This document shows, one piece after another, positions 58,332-64,000 of a stretch of DNA of 64,000 nucleotides. The notes beneath the pieces are model-generated. The model saw only the letters and a program-made list of their open reading frames with translations, was not told where the DNA came from and ran no database searches. Position 1 is the stretch's first letter. Every line of letters begins with the position of its first letter. This DNA comes from the human T2T-CHM13v2.0 reference genome, Homo sapiens: assembly GCF_009914755.1 (NCBI RefSeq), contig NC_060946.1; one strand, given 5' to 3'. Both the position numbers and the translations under genes were made by a program.

Positions 58332-59712
58332 AATTTTTAAAAAAATTCTTTGTGGTCCAAGGATCAACTTTGGGGATATTACCTATGGACTTATAGCACC
58401 ATTTACAATGCAAACATTTAAAATGATAACAACTACTGTCAGCTGCAGAACTAATTTGACTCCATCAAAAAAAAAAAGCTAAAAGATTATAATTCTGCAT
58501 TTCCACATGTTCTGGTGGTCAGAGACCACTTCCTTGACAAGCAGTGAGTACGGGGATCTGAAGGGTAGTTAGCATTTAGGCAGGTATTGGGTGAAGAATA
58601 GGGATATACACAAGAAACTTTCAAAGAGAAAAACACATGGAAGTTGGAACACAGAAGAGAACATAATATGTCTGAGAAATAAGGAAAGTCCAGACTCACT
58701 GGAGCTGAGTGAGAACAAGAAAAATGGCATAAGCCATGTATTTCTCTCTGGATATCTCATTAAAATATTGTCTCCTCCCCAACACACCACCCATGTGAAT
58801 TATAAAAATGCCCGTTTTTAATTTTTTTTTTGCATGTCGTGACAGAGTCAAGCACGTGAATCAAGCTGAGTTTGATGAGTCCAGGGCTGTTAAGCTCCAG
58901 ACCCAGGTGGCCTCAGAAGGACTTGGTGGAACGAGGGCTTGTTGTCAAAAGCAGAGGAAGTGAGATTTTCCATTGTGGCTGAGACCAGTTTCTTAAATTC
59001 CAGTGGACACACAAGGCCCCTTAAGGATCTGGTTAAGATGCAGATGCAGCCTCAGCAGTTCTGGATGTGGCCCCAAATTCTCTGTGTCTGGCAACTCCCA
59101 GGTGAGGCTGCTGCTGCTGGTCCTCCCAGGACCACACTTTGAGTGGCTGAACTCTTATTCACCCACCTCACTCAAGCCACGGGTGAGACTCACACAAGGA
59201 GAGCATATTCTAGAAGCACAGGTCACTTCTCACTCCTCCCCTTGTGTCTTAGATCCTTTTCTGTTACTATAAAGAAGTACCCAAGGCTGGGTAATTTATA
59301 CAGAAAATAAAAGTTTTATTTGGCAGACAGTTCCAATGGCTGCAGAGTTCAAAATGTGGCATCTGCTCTTGTTGAAGACCTCAGGCTGCTTCCTGTCATG
59401 GTGAAAGGTGAAGGGGAGCCAGTGTGTGCAGATGTCAATGGGGGAGAGGAAGCAAGAGAGAAGACAAAGATGCCAGGCTCTTTTTAATAACCAGCTCTTT
59501 CGGAAACAGGGGAATTCACTCACCCCAAGTGAGGGCATTAATCTATTCATGAGAGATCCACTCCCATCACCCTAAAAGCTCCCATTAGTTCCCACCTCCA
59601 ATACTGGGGATCCAATTTCAACATAAGATTTGGAGGTGACAAAGATCAAAGCCATAGCACCCTGAGGTTTGGCCACACACTTGCTCATCTCCACATTTGT
59701 CCCTCCCCTCAG

Positions 59713-60027
59713 GACTAGGGTCCTGACTGCTCTGACTTAGTCTCCCTCCACCTTATGGGCACCTGGCAGTCGGTCATCATCAGCTTTGCTGAATCAGCAG
59801 CAACATTGAGGGTAAAAATTGTGTCTCCTGGTTCCACCAGAAATAAAGTAGAGCCCCACACAGCTGAGGTTTGGGGTCAAAAATTAAAACTAAGAGACAT
59901 AAGACTCATTCTCAGGCTCCAAGTCTGGCCAGTGAGCTTCTTTGAGACTCCCTGGGATCCCAGCAGTGACACTGATCACTATTGCTGTCCCACACATCCC
60001 AAGTGATGAGGAAGTAAGACCAAAACC
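59713..60027 (+). pseudogene. IGLVVI-22-1: Clan VI lambda V relic
   Basis: Paralog of 38119-38433; nonamer ACCAAAACC 60019-60027. Symbol assigned from gene order. Confidence 0.72.
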
Positions 60028-63000
60028 CTCCTGAGATTCCTGGCTTGTGTCCTGACACTGGGGCTGTTGGGATTCCTGTCTTTCCTTCAAGATTGTTCAA
60101 ATAAGCACCGACAATCACTTCCATGTGAGATATGAGGAGAGAATAATTCCACATGAACCAAATCCACGAAGCCTACACTGAAGCCTGCCAAGTTCTCTGC
60201 AGTCCAGCACGATGAAGGGAGCATTTTCATGGGAACTTTTGGGAATATGAGGGGAGCCAGGCTCAGCTATGGGTTCCAGAGACAAAGCTCCTGGATGTTT
60301 CCCCCTGGCCTTGGTCCATCACCTGCTACCTCTCCTCACTCTTTCCACAGATGCTGCCCCAGGTTAAGCCCCCACAGGACTCTAAGCCTATTCCTGACCC
60401 TGAGCTCAGCCCAAGTGATGCTTCAGGAGATGGGATCCTGAGAATGAGCGCCAACGTCTCTTTAACCTGAGGTGTGAGGTCATGAGACACCTGTTGGCCA
60501 TAAGACACCTGTCCCCCACCTGCTCAGGAGACAGTGGAGCAGGCAACAGTGCAGAGAGAACCAGCAGGAGCCAGGCCAGGCCCTGCATCCAAAGCAGGCC
60601 CCAATCCCACAGATTCTCCAGCTCCAGCCTGGGGTACAGCCCCAACTTTCTGTAGGCTGAAATGGGCTTCTCAGGATGGGCAGGCCATGATGGGGGATGG
60701 CAGTGTGTCCACAGGACACAGCCCTGCTCCCTGCCTGGCCCTCATGCCCACTCCTTCCCCACCCTGGTTAATCTCCACCCAAAAGGGCCCAGGCTCAGAA
60801 CTCAGGACACCTGGATCAGCTCCTGGACTTGCCCCCACTGCTTTCTGTTCCCCTGAGCCACTTAGTCTCTTTTGGCCTCAGTGTTACCTGCTGTGAAGTG
60901 AGGAGGCTTATACTGAACTGAGGAAGCTCTTTTCTTCATTCAAAATTAAAAGACAGAAACAATAAAGTCATGTGAATTAAAGCCTTCTAAGGGGATGTCA
61001 TTTAATGGGCTCCAATGGGCTTCAGACATGGAACTTCTTGTCTTTCCTCTGCAGAGATTCCAAGAAAGGGACTCAAAAGGGCTTGCTTTCTGTATGATGG
61101 GAACAGTGATCTCCAGCTGAGTATAAGCAGGAGAGTCCTAGTTTCATCAGCAAGACAGACAAGGCTAGGGTAGAAATCCTCCTGGCACAAGCTCTGAGAG
61201 GTGTGGAATGAAATAAAGATAAACATGAAATTAATGTGCCTATGATGGTGATGTTAGCTCACAACTAAGCTGCAGAACCAGAAACCTGGTGATTGCAGTG
61301 AATCATAGCTGCTCTTACTGGGTGGGAGGTGCACCAGTTTGCTTCCTAAGTGCATAGAAAGCCTGGGTCCCTGTAGGATGGCATGCACATCTCTCTGGAC
61401 TTTGAAAGTGTTGCAGAAGAGCTTCAGTTGACTCACTCTAATTAGACCTGACTGAACAAAACCATTAGAGGAGGGCATTTCAACCCTGAGACACTTCCAT
61501 AGCAATTGCACCTGCCCCACCCCACTGAACTGCGTGTGTTACCTCTCTGTGCTGGGCTGGGCAGGGCAGATTGGGTCACACTGGCACAGAATGGGGCTGG
61601 ACTCTCTGGTCCTCAACTTCTGAGGTGACAGGTGCTGTGGGGTCACCTGGAAGAAGAAAGCTCCTGGGCTGAGTCTCCTCCACCAGTTGGGGGCAGCAGA
61701 GCTGCAGCCAGGAGCAGTGAGGAGAGAGGCTGGGGCTGCCCAGCTGGGGCGAAGAGGAAGGCCAGCCTGGGGTTCAACAGGTGTCCAAGAGTCAGTCTTC
61801 AGACTGAAAATGAAGACAGTTCATCCTATCCCCTCGGGGTGCAGTGACCACGTTCTGAGGGTCAGATTCATACAGTGTCACCCAAGGATACCGACAGAAG
61901 CCCGGCACAGTGAAGGCCTCACCTGGGAAATGCAACTAGAAGAGGCTGGGCCCAGGTGTCAGCTTGGGCAGCTTCCTTAGGAAGGGGATTCCCTGGGAGA
62001 AGTCCTGAGGCCGAGGTGCTCTAGGAGGGGCACAATGTGAGGTGACAGGGCTCCCAGGGCCCAGGTTCTTCACCCAGGATGGCGGCCTGAGCCTCCTGCC
62101 ACTCTCAGGGCCTTGTCCCTCCCTGTCCAGCAGTGTCCTGGGGAGCTGAGCCCTCTATCGTGGGCACTTCCAGATACACCCGACCCCTCCTGCCTCTGCC
62201 TTTCCTTCCAGCTCCAGGTGGACTCTGACTCAGGGCGCAGCTCCTGTGCTCAGGGGAGATTCAGGTGGGTGGCGTGAAGCATTTTGGGGCCCTGGTCCCT
62301 GCATGAGGCATCACCAGCCTCCTTCAGGAGATGCTGTCCAGAGGAACAGGGCTTCTCACCTGCCTCAGGCCACAGCTCTCACCACGGGGCTGTCCTTTGA
62401 TCAGTGGCAGGATCTGCATGGCTGGAGGGACTACTGACCACATGCTCTCTGGAGCTCATGTCTTGTGTGGAGACCATGACCTGGGGACCCTCAGAAAGAC
62501 CAAGCAGCCTAAAGTTAGATTTTCAGTCCAGTGTGATTCTCTGGTTCTTTTCGCAAGTTTACGTAAAACGTTGATGAGAAAAAGTGAATAAATAAAGGAA
62601 GAGTTGAGGATGGCAATTGCTGGTCTACTGTGGGGCTGGGGGATACCATGGAAAGAGCAGCACCACATGTCAAATGAGACTAGAGATTGGGATGCATCCG
62701 AAATATGTGTGGTTGCTCAAATGACAAAACTCTTCCAACTGCAATGATTCATAAGTGTCCTACAGACACAGTACATCATGTACATAACATTACCAGGATG
62801 GGGCCAAGTGACTCGGGGGTATCCGGAGCAGGGATGAAAGAGGAGAAAGATGATGCATCTTTGGTGTACTTGCTGCTGAGTCAGGCGTCATCAGTGATTT
62901 CTCAACAGGGCCCAGCTCAGCCCCAGGCCAGGCTCCTGGAAGGTCCATAGTCCTGCTCAATGCAGCCCAGGACAGGCCACATGACACAGAGGTTTGAGAC

Positions 63001-63299
63001 AGGGACCATGTTGTCAATCCCCAGGACGGTGACTGTGATCACAGGCCTTGGAGGCCAAGGCTGATTTTCTGACTGGAGAAGCAGACGAAGGAAGCTGGGG
63101 ATTCACCCCTTCATTTTAAGTTTCTCATGCTGCCCCCAGAGCTGGCTTGAGGGATATCCCGCCATGAGGAGTCCCAGAGAAGTAAATTTGCATAAACACC
63201 AAGGATGCACTGCCCCAGTGGGCCTGAGAGGAAATAAGAGAGGCCTGGGAAGCCCAGCTGTGCTGTGGGCTCAGGAGGCAGAGCTGTGGGTGTCTCACC

Positions 63300-63789
63300 A
63301 TGGCATGGGCCACACTCCTGCTCCCACTCCTCAACCTCTACACAGGTGCTGCCCCCAGACCCTGCCCCAGGCTCAGCCCTCCTAAGCCCCTGGTCTTACC
63401 CTGAACCCTGAGCTCAGCCCAGGCATAGCCTCAGGGCGATACTACTGGAATGGGTTTGTTATCTTCAAGCCCCCTCTCTTGTCCTCTCTTGCAGGCTCTG
63501 TTGCCTCCTATGAGCTGACACAGCTACCCTCGGTGTCAGTGTCCCCAGGACAGACAGCCAGGATCACCTGCTCTGGAGATGTACTGGGGGAAAATTATGC
63601 TGACTGGTACCAGCAGAAGCCAGGCCAGGCCCCTGAGTTGGTGATATACGAAGATAGTGAGCGGTACCCTGGAATCCCTGAACGATTCTCTGGGTCCACC
63701 TCAGGGAACACGACCACCCTGACCATCAGCAGGGTCCTGACCGAAGACGAGGCTGACTATTACTGTTTGTCTGGGGATGAGGACAATCC
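63300..63789 (+). CDS. IGLV3-22: Ig lambda V gene segment: leader 63300-63345, V exon 63495-63789
   Basis: [56 protein letters not shown]...[10 protein letters not shown]; octamer 63186-63193. Confidence 0.93.
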
Positions 63790-63828
63790 CTCAGTGACAC
63801 AGGCAGATGGGGAAGTGAGACACAAACT
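63790..63828 (+). promoter_or_regulatory. Non-canonical 23-RSS of IGLV3-22
   Basis: CTCAGTG + 23 nt + ACACAAACT. Confidence 0.9.
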
Positions 63829-64000
63829 CCTTTTTCATCTGTGTTGTGTTCTTCCTCCAGCACCAGGAAGACTGTGGACCAAGCAATGAGCAGGTCTGGC
63901 CAAGTTCTACTGGATCTGAGACCTCCAGGCCATCCTTTTTTCCAGCTGTCCAGGTTGGCTCTGCAGAGGGTGGAGCAGGAGTGGATTTAAGGCTGCTATA

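Overview
Human DNA from the immunoglobulin lambda variable (IGLV) locus, 22q11.2. The identification rests on recognisable protein sequences and gene order recalled from memory; no database search was run. Bases 1 to ~14.1 kb are a GC-rich LCR22-type duplicon containing: POM121L1P (minus strand, 428-aa ORF built from ~929-bp tandem units); GGTLC2 (plus strand, GGT1 light-chain exons with one splice donor mutated GT>AT); a HERV-K(HML-2) solo LTR5; and a frameshifted copy of GGT5 exon 1. The duplicon appears to end at a truncated Alu. From ~14.1 kb to the end is the IGLV array, all plus strand: IGLV3-29(P), IGLV2-28(P), IGLV3-27, IGLV3-26(P), IGLV(VI)-25-1(P), IGLV3-25, IGLV3-24(P), IGLV2-23, IGLV(VI)-22-1(P) and IGLV3-22, each with a leader, octamer promoter or 23-RSS in varying states of repair. 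Several further unnamed V relics, three mosaic duplication units and many Alu, L1, MaLR, ERVL and DNA-transposon remnants are also present. This is a well-studied locus and I see no demonstrably new system. The best leads are hypotheses: (i) the GGT5 exon-1 remnant has gained a new Kozak ATG and a phase-1 donor that is frame-compatible with IGLV exon 2; (ii) a ~1-kb minisatellite carries many near-MORE POU-dimer sites upstream of IGLV3-25; (iii) a divergent CTCF pair flanks an E-box cluster; (iv) unnamed V relics; (v) an RFX X-box at the POM121L1P promoter.
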